Made by a program: the position numbers and the translations under genes
In this document: positions 36,101 to 45,711 of the stretch, in pieces
Numbering within the stretch: the first letter of the stretch is position 1
Layout of the letters: each line of letters starts with the position of its first letter
Notes under the pieces: generated by a model
What the model saw: the letters and a program-made list of their open reading frames with translations, nothing else
What the model was told of the DNA's origin: nothing
The model's database searches: none
Assembly: GCA_002633005.1 (NCBI GenBank)
Contig: NMRA01000183.1
Coordinates: 76,426-140,425 of the forward strand
Source of the DNA: Phoronis australis
Taxonomy: Eukaryota; Animalia; Phoronida
Direction: 5' to 3'
DNA length: 64,000 bases

Positions 36101-36468
36101 AAAGAAATGTACAGCACCACCTATAAATCAGGTGTTAAACTTCGCATACGAAGACTTGGTCAAACTGTGTGGATGACTCTTAAGCCACTAAATGTATGCG
36201 GGTAATTATCTGCACTTGGTGATGTGACAAACACAATACTAAAACAATAAATGAGAGAAACGGTTATATTTGCCATCTGAGAAAGGATTTTTGCAAAATT
36301 GAGAGCCTCCAGCAATAAAAAGAAGTGTTTTGGTGACCAACATGGCCATAGAAGTGAGGGTAGGACAAGGGGAAACTAACAAATATCTAAAAGACGGCTT
36401 AGTCATTCATCAAATAACTATAATCATGTGATTGCGAACACTGAATTGTTTTCCAGATCATATCCTGA
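3129..36468 (+). CDS. DEK: Protein DEK (SAP-domain chromatin protein), 11 coding exons, about 421 aa
   Basis: Joined exons 3129-3161, 8218-8419, 18116-18268, 21871-21947, 26417-26511, 29722-29864, 33478-33677, 33932-34064, 34192-34256, 34859-35011, 36457-36468 total 1266 nt, all GT-AG with consistent phases. Contains GKRERKKTER, KNIRKFFGFTFEKDSPEYEKK, the SAP box LKDVCTILDIHRGGTKDEVINRIMDFL and the DEK-C domain ANLEEVTMKTVLKKVY...RKDFIKTTVKEIIS*. Confidence 0.95.
4082..4414. mobile_element. CAGGGC-terminated MITE (second copy at 14611-14958)
   Basis: Shares AATCCC...ATTTTGGGGCCGAATAT... and ...AAAATTCCCCTC...GAAGGC.CAG with 14611-14958; short TIRs CAGGGCCC / GGGCCATG. Confidence 0.65.
5804..7384. 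mobile_element. Non-autonomous hAT-like element
   Basis: 17-bp TIRs CAGGGCTCAACA(T/C)TAAC, subterminal ACTTGCCC/GGGCAAGT repeats at both ends, near-perfect 5-bp TSD CAAAT/CGAAT; contains a truncated MITE at about 6004-6257. Confidence 0.75.
8218..8419 (+). CDS. DEK: DEK exon 2 (SPKK repeats, acidic stretch)
   Basis: TTGAAG|GCT acceptor, C|GTAAGT donor; APKEDVLVK...SPKKSSPKKSPMK...EEEEDKDYESEGEEY. Confidence 0.85.
8803..9313 (+). mobile_element. Helentron-associated (HINE/DINE-1-like) element 5' part, cut by the N at 9314
   Basis: TTTT-ATGCGCCC subTIR, CCACATAT/ATATGTGG hairpin, (CGTC)n microsatellite, then ~150-bp core units. Confidence 0.6.
9315..10370 (+). repeat. Near-identical tandem copy of 8263-9313, including most of DEK exon 2 (likely haplotype/assembly overlap)
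   Basis: Sequence restarts mid-exon right after a single N at 9314; only scattered SNPs and small indels versus the first copy; no splice acceptor. Confidence 0.75.
10492..13543 (+). mobile_element. Degenerate hAT-family transposon with 6-bp TSD and transposase remnant
   Basis: TIRs C(T/A)GGGCG(T/G)CAAGT, TSD GGTGTG at 10486-10491 and 13544-13549, subterminal TTTCCTATTT repeats; decayed hAT dimerisation-like text VDDFWNGVFS...RYEVFPPIVKAELMLS at ~12456-12670, followed by a stop-interrupted coiled-coil tail to ~13210. Confidence 0.8.
11029..12377. mobile_element. Nested TIR element (GGGTGA termini, TA-flanked)
   Basis: TAGGGTGAGTAAAGCAAAATG versus the reverse complement TAGGGTGACCAAAACAATATG; internal part resembles 7560-7680. 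Confidence 0.5.
13735..16229 (+). mobile_element. Complete HINE (Helentron-associated) element nested in a T-run of another copy
   Basis: 5' TTTTTATGCGCCCACAT; 3' GGGTGCATTT subTIR plus CAACACTCCGCGTTG stem-loop plus CTCTTGTTTT; tandem core units; no TSD; insertion at TT. Confidence 0.7.
14611..14958. mobile_element. MITE, copy of the 4082-4414 family
   Basis: CGGGGCCTTCAATCCC...GAGGCCCCTG termini; alignable to 4082-4414. Confidence 0.65.
16756..17000. mobile_element. ~240-bp MITE (copy at ~28610-28848)
   Basis: GCTTGGAATTTTCCTCTTT...CACCCAAGCC...CCTGGAAA shared between the two loci; the second copy ends with the TIR ATTCCAAGCCTTG. Confidence 0.6.
18116..18268 (+). CDS. DEK: DEK exon 3
   Basis: TTCTTCAG| acceptor, |GTAAGA donor; GILDKPVVIQQGKRERKKTERM...IPEGRGIKLGDCPR. 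Confidence 0.93.
20708..21527. mobile_element. PIF/Harbinger-like non-autonomous element
   Basis: ~33-bp TIRs (A/G)GGCTGTT(G/C)CAG(C/T)AAAATC(T/C)GT(A/G)TGGGA..GGGG with TTA TSD. Confidence 0.7.
21871..21947 (+). CDS. DEK: DEK exon 4
   Basis: TTACAG| and |GTAAGT; EHMLGKTKSADCKTLHKILFSRAGT. Confidence 0.92.
23676..24932. mobile_element. Long-TIR (Kolobok-like) element spanning the assembly gap
   Basis: ~145-bp near-perfect inverted repeats (23676-23822 versus 24786-24932) starting AGGCG; flanks TGAA / TTAA. Confidence 0.7.
23884..24784. other. Assembly gap (N run)
   Basis: About 900 Ns. Confidence 0.99.
26417..26511 (+). CDS. DEK: DEK exon 5
   Basis: TTTCAG| and |GTGAGT; ALEVKKNIRKFFGFTFEKDSPEYEKKRAQVA. 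Confidence 0.94.
26703..28541. mobile_element. Non-autonomous hAT element with 8-bp TSD
   Basis: TIRs CAGGG(C/A)CTCATCTAG; perfect TSD TCTGTCAG at 26695-26702 and 28542-28549; GACGGC subterminal repeats. Confidence 0.88.
28610..28848. mobile_element. MITE, copy of the 16756-17000 family
   Basis: Direct similarity to 16756-17000; TIR GCTTGGAAT / ATTCCAAGC. Confidence 0.6.
28972..29566. repeat. 85-bp minisatellite, 7 copies
   Basis: Unit TGACCCGTTTTCACTTTGCACTTAATGTCAATC...AATCAAAACATTTGA starting at 28972, 29057, 29142, 29227, 29312, 29397 and 29482. Confidence 0.97.
29722..29864 (+). CDS. DEK: DEK exon 6 (SAP domain)
   Basis: TTACAG| and |GTAAGT; LFTAPLKDVCTILDIHRGGTKDEVINRIMDFLLKPEDSGRALPKSKR. 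Confidence 0.95.
29878..32297. mobile_element. Tc1/mariner-pogo-like non-autonomous element (TA TSD)
   Basis: 24-bp TIRs CCGTAATCGTT(C/T)GGGTTAACGCCC, TA flanks, many GGTTAA(C/G)CGCCC subterminal repeats at both ends. Confidence 0.88.
32856..33149. repeat. 44-bp minisatellite, ~6.7 copies
   Basis: Unit GTGATCATACATGATAATCAGCCTGTAGTACTCATATACAGGGT. Confidence 0.97.
33478..33677 (+). CDS. DEK: DEK exon 7 (NLS plus acidic tract)
   Basis: GTGTTAG| and |GTGAGA; PKTESKKRKRKSK...DGEDEAEDVDGDDEDEGG...EVEE. Confidence 0.9.
33826..33922 (+). mobile_element. HINE 3' terminus (element collapsed at the N at 33848)
   Basis: GTGGGCGCATTT subTIR plus CAACGCTCCACGTTG hairpin plus CTCTTGTT, same architecture as the 16200-16229 end. 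Confidence 0.6.
33932..34064 (+). CDS. DEK: DEK exon 8 (basic, AT-hook-like PKRGRPKK)
   Basis: TATTTAG| and G|GTTAGT; PQPKKQKVETPKRGRPKKDQSAKKAKVAKKEKKEKKSVPPKKRK. Confidence 0.88.
34192..34256 (+). CDS. DEK: DEK exon 9
   Basis: CTTGCAG| and |GTGAGT; SVSEDSDSDDEPLVKKKSPPT (the DDEPLxKK...PPT motif that precedes DEK-C). Confidence 0.93.
34859..35011 (+). CDS. DEK: DEK exon 10 (DEK C-terminal domain)
   Basis: TGTATAG| and |GTGAGC; DDDLRDVVKKILDGANLEEVTMKTVLKKVYDKFPEYDLADRKDFIKTTVKE. Confidence 0.96.
36457..36468 (+). CDS. DEK: DEK terminal coding exon (IIS*) followed by ~2 kb 3'UTR
   Basis: TTTCCAG|ATC ATA TCC TGA; matches the LIS* ending typical of DEK. Confidence 0.85.
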   Translation: MIS

Positions 36469-37296
36469 TCATCAGAAGTGTGATGAAGACCATCCAGTGT
36501 AGAATGGAACAGTGGATCTTTGCAAGATTTTAACGTCATCCAACACGAGCGTATCTTAATTGAGCCCCATGTTCATCAACTTGCCACAGTACCAGAGTTT
36601 TGGATTGTAGCAGTGTTGTCTGTTGTCTCTGTACTCACTGCTCGGTGAGGTTACCATGGCGATCATGGTTGACGTTGGGAGAATTGAAGGACGCAAATAA
36701 TCATGTTTTTGTGAGAATAGAGTCTTGTCTTTTCATAAAGTAAAGGTTAGTAGAATGAAGTGCCCATAGCACAGTTTTTCAGTTGCAAACGTCTACAAGC
36801 TTTTTGAAATCATGGGCTTACAATGCAATACTTATTGAGGGGTTATTAGTGGATAGAATTGATAGTGTTCGGTCAACTGTAAAAAACCACACTCGCACGT
36901 CAGATTCACCCGGAAGTAGATCTGTTGTACTGTGAAACTTTGTCCAAGATCAGACTTATGCACGTCCGTCTTATGTGAACTTTACTGTAGCATTCTTTCA
37001 TTTGCCCCGTGCAATTCTTGTGTGCATTTTCTGCACTGAACATGTTTATTTTATTTGAACTTCTCAAGAGGTCACTTTCACTCATGGTGTCCACGTTATC
37101 ACAGTCAATTCAATTTCTGGAGTGTGTGTCATGACAGGTGACTTAAAAAATAATTATTTAGTCGGAAATTTTGTCTCTTTCAAAAGAACGAAGTCTCTGA
37201 AAATACACCCATAGTTATTAACTGCTGAGATGCATTATTTGTTGGTCCAAGATGTTCTTATGGTTAAACTTTGTTCATTAATTATGAAGTGGGGAG

Positions 37297-37611
37297 CAGT
37301 GGCGGATTGAAGGGGGGAGAGCATGGCCCCCCCTAAAATTCTCCCAGATACCATTTGGAAGTTTGGGGTACGAATTGCTGAGTAGCACATATGTGCACGC
37401 AGGGGGTGCTCCGGGCCCATATGCACAATGCATAGGCCTTGAACAAACCCCGTTTACCGTTTTTTTTTTTTACTAAGAAGATCCACAAACCCAAAAATTC
37501 GAAACCTCTGCATCTCCTACCTTGTGGGCTGGGTGCGCTTGCGCGTGTGGCGAAATTCCAATTATTCCTATGCCCTGCCCCCCCCCATTCAAAATCCTGG
37601 AGCTGCCCCTG
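37297..37611. mobile_element. hAT-like MITE with 5-bp TSD inside the DEK 3'UTR
   Basis: CAGTGGCGGA...GCTGCCCCTG termini; TSD GGGAG at 37292-37296 and 37612-37616. Confidence 0.8.
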
Positions 37612-38483
37612 GGGAGTGCAAGTTCCTACCTTAAGTCTTAATTCACTCTTCATGAAACATACCTGTGCTTTGGCTTGTACTTCAAGAGAGACGAGAAAAT
37701 GGACATTGCGCAGAACTGGGGCTATAAACCAAAGTCTCATAATATTAGCTAATGCTGTGCTCTTATTGATATGACGCTGATTGGCAAGCAAGACTCTTAC
37801 CACATCTAGGGAAGGCAGGATTACAAAAGGCTTTCTGGCATGAAGGGTGTTGGGACACTTGACACTCTTTAAGACATGTCATTGTTTTCAAGTGTCTAGA
37901 AGAGTGTGTTTGTGGGTCTTGTCCTATTGGTGTCTACTAAAAAAGTCTGTCCTGATTTAAGTTGCATTCCACTTCGCCACTGTATAAAATGTAAAATTTT
38001 TAATTATTTGAATTATGCTGTTGTGTCGATTACATTCTATTTCCCTATACATTTCTATTCTACCCATTATCTTTCAAAAACAACACCCTAGTTACCTAAC
38101 GTTGGTTGTTAACTGTTTACCATTTTCAAGTCTTGAAAATTATGTCCCTCTAGTTGCATTCATTGTGGACCCTAGCTGCTACTTTCAGATTTGCTGTTTT
38201 ATACACAATAGTTATAAACTTTGTGGTTTACATGCTTTGCATGCAATGTGCTATCCCCATTAATTATGCACAATGCTTTACTGCCAGTACAAGTACTGGT
38301 CTGTCTAGAGTCTATTGATGTTGTGAGAATTATTGGGCCTTTCATCTCTTTATTCAAGATATTTTATCTCGCCAGTGTTTTAGCTTCCTTTTATTATTAC
38401 CCCATGCCACTGTTGCTGTAAATAGTTGTACTTGTTGTAAGATTGTATGATTTGGTGACAACTTGTAGAAAATGTGTAGCTGC

Positions 38484-38489
38484 AATAAA
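38484..38489 (+). terminator. Probable DEK polyadenylation signal
   Basis: AATAAA followed by T- and GT-rich sequence, ~2 kb after the stop codon. Confidence 0.55.
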
Positions 38490-38579
38490 TTTATTGCTAA
38501 TCATTTTTAATTCCTCTTTTATTTCATTTTAAGGCAAATAGAATTTTTTGTTGTTGTTGTTATTGCGGTGTAGTCATAT

Positions 38580-38700
38580 TTTGGGATAGATTCGACCACT
38601 GGTATGCCCCTAGTGGCAATTTCTATTCGTTTACGTTATCCTCCGTACTCTGGCGCCACCTAGTGGCTGCTGGGTTTTTTGTGTCTATATATCTATCAAG
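38580..38700 (+). repeat. Fragment of HINE core unit with CTCF-like motifs
   Basis: CCACTGGTATGCCCCTAGTGGCAATTT and GCGCCACCTAGTGGC, as in the DEK intron 2 elements. Confidence 0.5.
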
Positions 38701-40079
38701 TTTGTGGATGGACTTTCATGAAAATTAGTAAATAGGTTTTCACTGAGGCGACGAGACTTTCCCATTTTGAATACATTCAACATCCTGTATCCCTTTGTAG
38801 CATTTATGTTTTGTGTCGATTTTTGTGTTCCTCTTAGTCCGCGAAAGTGCTTAAAGTGTGATAAAGCCAAACAGCATAGCTGGTTATGGTCTTTTCTTTT
38901 GAAAAACCGACTCCGTGTGGTATTTTTTTAGTTGCTCGTCTTTTTCAGAAAAGCCAATTCACTTATGACGACCAAAAACGATGCGGTTCTCTCGTCACCT
39001 GCCAAATGATTGCTTACTGTCAGTTGCCAGCCTGCCTTGCGAACGTTTTTGTCTTTGTTCAGCCTGGGGTCACAGTGTTATTGCACGATTTCTCGCCATT
39101 ACCCTAATACAAACACATGCTTCTAATCACTTGAATCTGGCCCTAGGTCTGAGGTACTATCCGCGCGTGTGTGGAGTTCTGTAAAGTTTGTACCGCGGGC
39201 TTGGTGTTTGCTGGCCAGTGACTGGGATTTAGGGAATTGTTGGTGGAATTCTGAGGGGCGGCCATCATGAACTCGATAACCCCCTCTACCGTCGAGGAAC
39301 TTATCCACGAAGGCGGGTCCCTCATATAGGCTGGTCTTAGTTCGTAGCAAAGGCATAGCACTGTTGCAAACGTTATCGTGCAGAGTGTACACTTCTTTTT
39401 ATAAACTATTTAAAATAATTCAGGCTTGTCATCTCGTGTTAGTTTCCAAATCAGAAATCTTATTAATTTTATAGAGATATGTTACTTAAACCAAGTTCTT
39501 GGCCTGGAGGCGGTGTTTATTCACTTATGTTGACGAAGTGGTTCTCATGGTCGGCATTGTTTTTGGGGAATACATTTTGACGCGGCATAATCATGCTAAA
39601 AGGATTGCGGTGTGTCCATTCAACCGATGTGGCACATCGCAGAAAGTTGGTATTACGATGTAAAACGATCACATCCAACAACAACGTTGCTATTCCACAA
39701 TGACATCTCGCAGACGTTGTATCAACTGCGTTTATGGGGCGTTTTTCGCACAGCGCTTAACACTCGTCTACAACCAACCTCAGTAAATGGAAATCTCCTA
39801 GGGAAAAAAAGTCTTCCAAATGAATATTTGGATACTTCATAAACGTGCTTGTCGGAAATGAAAACAGTTAAAAATTGACATTTACATATCGTTTGTTCCA
39901 GCATATGGAGCTCACTGTTCTACGTGGTCGTTAAGACCTGCGTTACTGCGTGTAGATTTATTTGATTAAAACCCCTGTTCTTGAGAGCTCGGCAAACAAG
40001 AACTCAGTCGCGTAATAAACATTTCATCGCTTCCTGGCTACTTCCAGAAGTTGAACCAGTTTTGTCGGTAATCGCTTCA

Positions 40080-40508
40080 TCACATTTCAGCCACATCGTT
40101 GCTAATAGAGAGTGTTGCGGCAATATCGCATTTTGTGCGAGGCGATGCCACTTGGGTGTATGTAGGAAGGCAACGCCTGATCCTTTCAACGGCTTGCAGG
40201 TTTTGGAATTTGGAATCTTCAAAATTTTCCCGCTTCACGAATTCGTTGTAGTCATGATCTAAGTTTGCCTCTTGTCTTTCTCGCCTGATGTATTTTACCA
40301 TTAATATGACTAGAAAGAATGCGTATAGAAAAAGGACAACCACGATGTACCAAACTGCGCCCGGGTCACTTTGAGGGGGTGCTTCGGTATGAGTTTCTAA
40401 AAGTGAAGTGTTCATAACCCGATCGTGAATACGATCAACTTTCTTGATCAGTTCGCCGAGACAGTCCAAAGTAGCATTAGCTTTTCCTACGCGGCCCTTG
40501 TCGCCCAT
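40080..40508 (-). CDS. Small single-pass membrane protein, KCNE/MiRP (ISK channel subunit)-like
   Basis: 142-aa intronless ORF; N-terminal NAT and NTS sequons; no signal peptide; one TM helix AVWYIVVVLFLYAFFLVILMV followed by KYIRRERQE...DYNEFVKRE. A second Met (MNTS) could be the true start. Confidence 0.7.
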   Translation of the reverse strand: MGDKGRVGKANATLDCLGELIKKVDRIHDRVMNTSLLETHTEAPPQSDPGAVWYIVVVLFLYAFFLVILMVKYIRRERQEANLDHDYNEFVKRENFEDSKFQNLQAVERIRRCLPTYTQVASPRTKCDIAATLSISNDVAEM

Positions 40509-43500
40509 TTCGCACCCCTGTGATTCCTATCTGTGCCGCCGGAGCACCTGTACGCCACAACTCTTGGTTACCGCAACGCCTTATTGATTTTAATTCACGA
40601 AAAACAATATTCTCCCTACAATGGTTCAACACACACCGAATTGGTCCGCAATGGTTCGCTTAAGACTGCATGTCTCACAAACTGAGCCACGGCCGTTGAT
40701 CCTTGAAGCTTTGCCAATTTCCTCCTTTGCTCGTGTTTAGTATACAACTCACAAGTCGTTTCAGGCTTACCTTGGTTGTGCACCTTGATTGTCAGCTCCA
40801 ACGCCAACAGTTTTTCCGTAGAATGGACAACGGATGACACGGTTTTGACGAAATAATTAGTGACAGGAAGCTGAACAAAACTTGAGCTTACTCTTTACGT
40901 AGAAATCCATACGCTCCTGTGGCGTTAACTTTGGTTGGCGTTATTGTGTGTCCATCACGGCCTTTGCGCACTAAGAATCTGCACGTCGTTAAACGACCTG
41001 CATACTACTTGTACAAGTCAATGTATTGTGCTCCAGTTAACATCGATTGTATATAGATATACGAGTAAATAACTAAACGCGGGAAATAATTAGAAATTCC
41101 CCGGTGTCTCCTGGCGCAAAACGCTTGCTGTATGCACCGTGCACATGCCGTGCGGCAGTTAGTCTGCATTCAATAGCACACCCACGCCACTCTCTCTACA
41201 TATATCTGTACGCACCATGTTCGCTCTGAGAAGACGACACAGTCTCGTTTCGATTTTCTAATTTATATTTGCACTTTCCAGAGCTGATAAAATATACATG
41301 TAACCTAGATGTATTGTGACACGTTGTAAAAGAGCACTGACTAGCTGCTGACTGATAATGAGACGAAATGCGAAAAGGCTATGTAAACTTAAATTAACGC
41401 ACTGTGGCTTCGGCGTAACCATTTTATTTACATGGTAAATGTTGATACACAATATTCGGTGCATGTCTTAATTATGCAAGGCTGTAATGCCCGTATTGCA
41501 TGTCAATAATTCTACGACGGTTGGCTTTCCTCATTGTCCAAATGCTGGTATATGACTCTTGATAATTGAGAAATTGTGTTACACGTCCAGCAGAATTAAT
41601 GAAGCAGAATAATAGCCACTTTATAGGTTATAAAAGTCACATTTCTTGTCTCAAAAACCTAACCAGATGCACATCCCACGTCGTAAATATTGTATTTAAA
41701 ATTTCGAAACGAAAATTAAAAAATCGTGTGCCAAATCTTGTGCTAACGGGATTTGCACCCAATAGGACGAGAAGGCGGGCACTGTTTACTCCAAGGTATC
41801 CAGTGAATTCATCGGCATATCAAAGGCTTGATGGTGCCGTCACGAAGTGAGCTGGTCGCTATGCATGGGCTTGACTGGACGGGTTGAATGAGATAATTGC
41901 GACCGTAAACCAACTCGCCTGTTTAGCGTACGAGTTTTAAAGTCTAAAAACGAACAACAAGTAAAGCAAATGACAAGCATGACTGTTTTAAAATTGAAAA
42001 ATAGATAGAAGCCATCTTTTAATTGTTTTAATCGACGTTAATAAGAGAACATAGCCAATAGGTTTTCATCAGCATCGCGGCTAAGCCACAACCATTAATT
42101 TATGTATCGATTACGGCGGGTTAGTCACAATCTGACTTAGACTCGCATAGGCGTTGGGCTAACAAAACCCCAAATGTTAGCGCTGTAGTTGTCTCATGAC
42201 TATTGTCCCCACCATGTTTATAGTGGCATGTTTTGATTGCATCGTAATTTTGCGCCTGGTTACACAAGTTAATCGCCAAAGATCGATAACTTCAGATGAA
42301 ACTGGACAGTTTCTTTTAAGGTGTCGAACCGGCCGAGTATCCCACACTCGACCCAGGAGGTTGTCAGGTTAGGAGTCTTTTCATGGTCATGGGAGTGCGC
42401 CATACAACGAACACACTGCAGCAACTTCAACCCCATTTGAGATCCAACCCGGCAAACAACTCAAGGAGAGTTCGGTCCAAGTCAGCTGTCTTGTTAAGAA
42501 TTGGCGGTCAACAGAGGAAGAGGCGGGTCAGGGTTCGGGCTGAAGGGAGCTACACGTATAATCACAATTTTGGGCTTATTCAGCCGTGTCACTAGCTGGC
42601 TGCGGAAATGTCATATGTTGTCCATTAATTAAGTTGTTGCCCCATATCTTGACTAAATCCGCGTGTGCTGATTTTCTGCGATATCAAGATTGTTGAAATA
42701 GCATAGAAATTCATTACAAAAACATGACGTTGCACTTTATTAAAAAAAAACTTCAGTTTGCCGGTAAAAATAGGCTCATGTAACAACAAGTGTTCGATGA
42801 GGGTGGTCAGTTGAACTGGTGTGCATGAGTACACTTTGGCATTGTATGGATAATCACATTTAATAACATCGCTGGTTGGCCGCTGGGTGAAAAGTGTCGT
42901 CAATAAAATACCCTCAAGTAAATTACGCCCGTGTTTTGCGAGCGTGAATTACGACCCTACATCGCGATCGTAACATACGAGCGTAAAATGTGAACCTGTA
43001 ATACGAGGATCAAAGTCCAAGATTACAATTCCGAGCGTAAGATTGGGCGTTATTTACAACCCTAGAAAAAATGTTCAAATTCGGCTAACTTCGGAACATC
43101 ACATCTCAGAAATGGCTGATTAGATTCATATCAAACCTTTAGATACTATGCTTTGCGCAATGTTCTCGACAAGCCTGATCCATTTTTGCATGTGAGGCTA
43201 ACAAAAATAGGACTTTTTATGATTTTTATGAAATAATGAAGTGGCATGAAACGAAAATTTTAGCAAAGTTTTTGAAACTTTATCTTAGACAATTTTATCT
43301 TAGACATGTACTTGAAATGAAATTTGGTCATGACATTGATGTCATTGTTTGGTTATGAATTTTCTTTTTGCTGAATTTTACCGTTAAAAGACATGGTTTC
43401 TAGATTCCAGTGTAGTTTTCGGATAGTACGAAGTCGAAAATCAAATTCTTCAGAATTTCTAACTACAGAAAATTGAAATAATTTCGTTGAGTTAAATTCT

Positions 43501-43533
43501 GTAGTTATTTCACTAAGTGCACAGACTTGTGGG

Positions 43534-43609
43534 TAATTAATAAGGTCTTAGTAAGCTTTAATTAATAAGGTCTTAGTAAGCTTTAATTAATAAGGTCTTA
43601 GTAAACTTT
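43534..43609. repeat. 25-bp tandem repeat x3
   Basis: Unit TAATTAATAAGGTCTTAGTAAGCTT. Confidence 0.9.
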
Positions 43610-43772
43610 AAATAAAATTATACGCACGTCTCCACGATTTACGCTCATCGTTTAACGAGCGTGATAAGCGAGCATTATTTTACCGGCGTACAACTTTTTC
43701 TGATGTCAGGCATTATCTGTATCCTATTCTTTCACTGGAGATAATAATTACACTCGTAAAACATAGACGTGA

Positions 43773-43949
43773 AATTTGTCTTTACCCCCTTAATTTGTCT
43801 TTACCCCCTTAATTTGTCTTTACCCCCTTAATTTGTCTTTACCCCCTTAATTTGTCTTTACTCCCTTAATTTGTCTTTACTCCCTTAATTTGTCTTTATC
43901 CCCTTAATTTGTCTTTACCCCCTTAATTTTTCTTTACTCCCTTAATTTG
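43773..43949. repeat. 19-bp minisatellite, ~9 copies
   Basis: Unit AATTTGTCTTTACCCCCTT, flanked by the inverted pair AATTACACTCG / CGAGTGTAATT. Confidence 0.95.
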
Positions 43950-44569
43950 CGAGTGTAATTTAAAGTCGGGCCACACTTTGCCTCCAGGCAGGCCAACGAT
44001 ACACTGAGCTATCAACACGATTCTAGAGAATATTCATCAAGAGAAACAATTAAGTGCAACTGAATCTGATTCTAAGAAAATATATTTCACTCTACATTTT
44101 ATTTTATTTAATTGTTTCAATCTCGAACGTCCTCTGAAGTTGAATACGATACCATCATTCTGATTCCCGTACTTAAATCCGTTCGCAGACTTTCACTTAT
44201 TGCGAAGTAAGTCAGCTGTCCTGCTCACGAACTTCGCTATTTGCTGTGCTGATTGTATTAATTGTGGATGCGCGCACCCAAGGAGGGGTGGCTCGGGTGC
44301 TCCAACGAGCCCCCCATTTGGCTTAGTGGGCAAAAAAAGTCCGCCCCAGTGAAACAAAAAGTCAGAAAAAACGAGACAAAAGTCCACTAAAAGGCAGGAA
44401 TTTGGCGAATGCACAATTCATTGCTCTGTACGTACCCGTTCTTTTTAGTAAAAGGTCCACATTCTCAAAAAGTCGAACACCCACTTTTTAGGCTGACTGC
44501 GGGCATGTTGTTATGCCTTTTGATCTCGTGACGTATCATTCCACGTTATAAAAATATGCTCTGGGCACA

Positions 44570-44800
44570 GGTAAACGATGCGTTCGAGTAGGGAAATCCG
44601 CTGAACCAAGGCTTAGTGATCGTTTGAGAGAACATGTATACATCAGTCAATATAGTACATGAAAATATTCAAACATTGTTCAGAGCTTAGCCCACTACGA
44701 CGGTGGCGTTATTACCAAGGCAATCACAGAGAAAAACTATTCATCAAAGAATCAGTAGCAATAACAAACAGCAGTGAATTGCCAATAAGAACTCTTTCAA
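44570..44800 (+). mobile_element. Possible Penelope-like GIY-YIG endonuclease remnant
   Basis: Frameshifted fragments RLSDRLREH and KLFIKESVAI resemble the C-terminal motifs of Penelope GIY-YIG domains. Confidence 0.4.
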
Positions 44801-45542
44801 CCCACAGCTATAACGTGTTAGTAAACAATTTTAACATTGCTATCGCATGCCATCATAGCTCAGTCCTTATTAATCAACAGCCATGACACAGTAGGTCTAA
44901 TGCGCAGTTACAGCTGATGTATAATTTGATGGTAATCATGCAGCTCTCGGGTAGAAAATGCAACGGCCGAACTGAAAAGGGGAAAAGTCCCATGGATTGT
45001 GGCTGTGCCAAAGCTGATTTAGTTTGATTTGAATGATTTTTACAGTACTTCTCGCGGGCTGAAATCAACCGTATTTATAACAGTTGTCTAATAGCAAATG
45101 CCTAGTCTCTATACCTATAACCTAGCTGAAACGATGGTATTGTCACTGATGTGTGGGTGGTGTTATATGCCATGGATGACATGGTTTTGCGTGTTGACTC
45201 ACCGGCCATAAATTTTGTCAGGATTGGGGTATGCTTGTAGTAGAATGATTCATTGCATCGTGCCCTGACGGCGTAATCTAGCAGAAATACGAGACTATAT
45301 TGGCTGGAAAAAGTGCGAATTAAATTTTGTATACGTGTAACTAATTCCTGCTCAAACTTGACGACAAACGGTGTGTTGGGTGCATGTGGAGGAGAGCCAT
45401 ATTCACCTAACACTACATCACAGTTCACAATATTGGCGAACTTCCCAAAATGCCTCGTCGTTGTAGGGTCAGCGTACGAGATTGGTATGCCTTGTCAAAA
45501 ATGGTCTTCACGAAACTGCATCGGTTTCTTCAGCTGGGCTCA

Positions 45543-45711
45543 CAGGGACGGGTCCAGGATTTTGAGTTAGGGGGGAGGGGACAGGGCAGAGTACCGTATT
45601 AGCCAGAAATTTGCCCGTCATTCATTCGCACCCCCGAAGTGCCAAATGGAATCTGAGGGAATTTTAGGGGTATCCAAGTCCTCCTTGCCCCCCTCACTAA
45701 ATTCGCCAATA
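45543..45711. mobile_element. hAT-like MITE with 5-bp TSD
   Basis: Similar to 2731-2888; TSD GCTCA at 45538-45542 and 45712-45716. Confidence 0.72.

Noticed and set aside
37333-37803. 156-aa and 111-aa ORFs in the DEK 3'UTR
   Set aside because: Overlap a MITE; low-complexity chance ORFs.
45102-45428. 108-aa minus-strand ORF
   Set aside because: Non-ATG start, upstream in-frame stop, no recognisable family or splice support.
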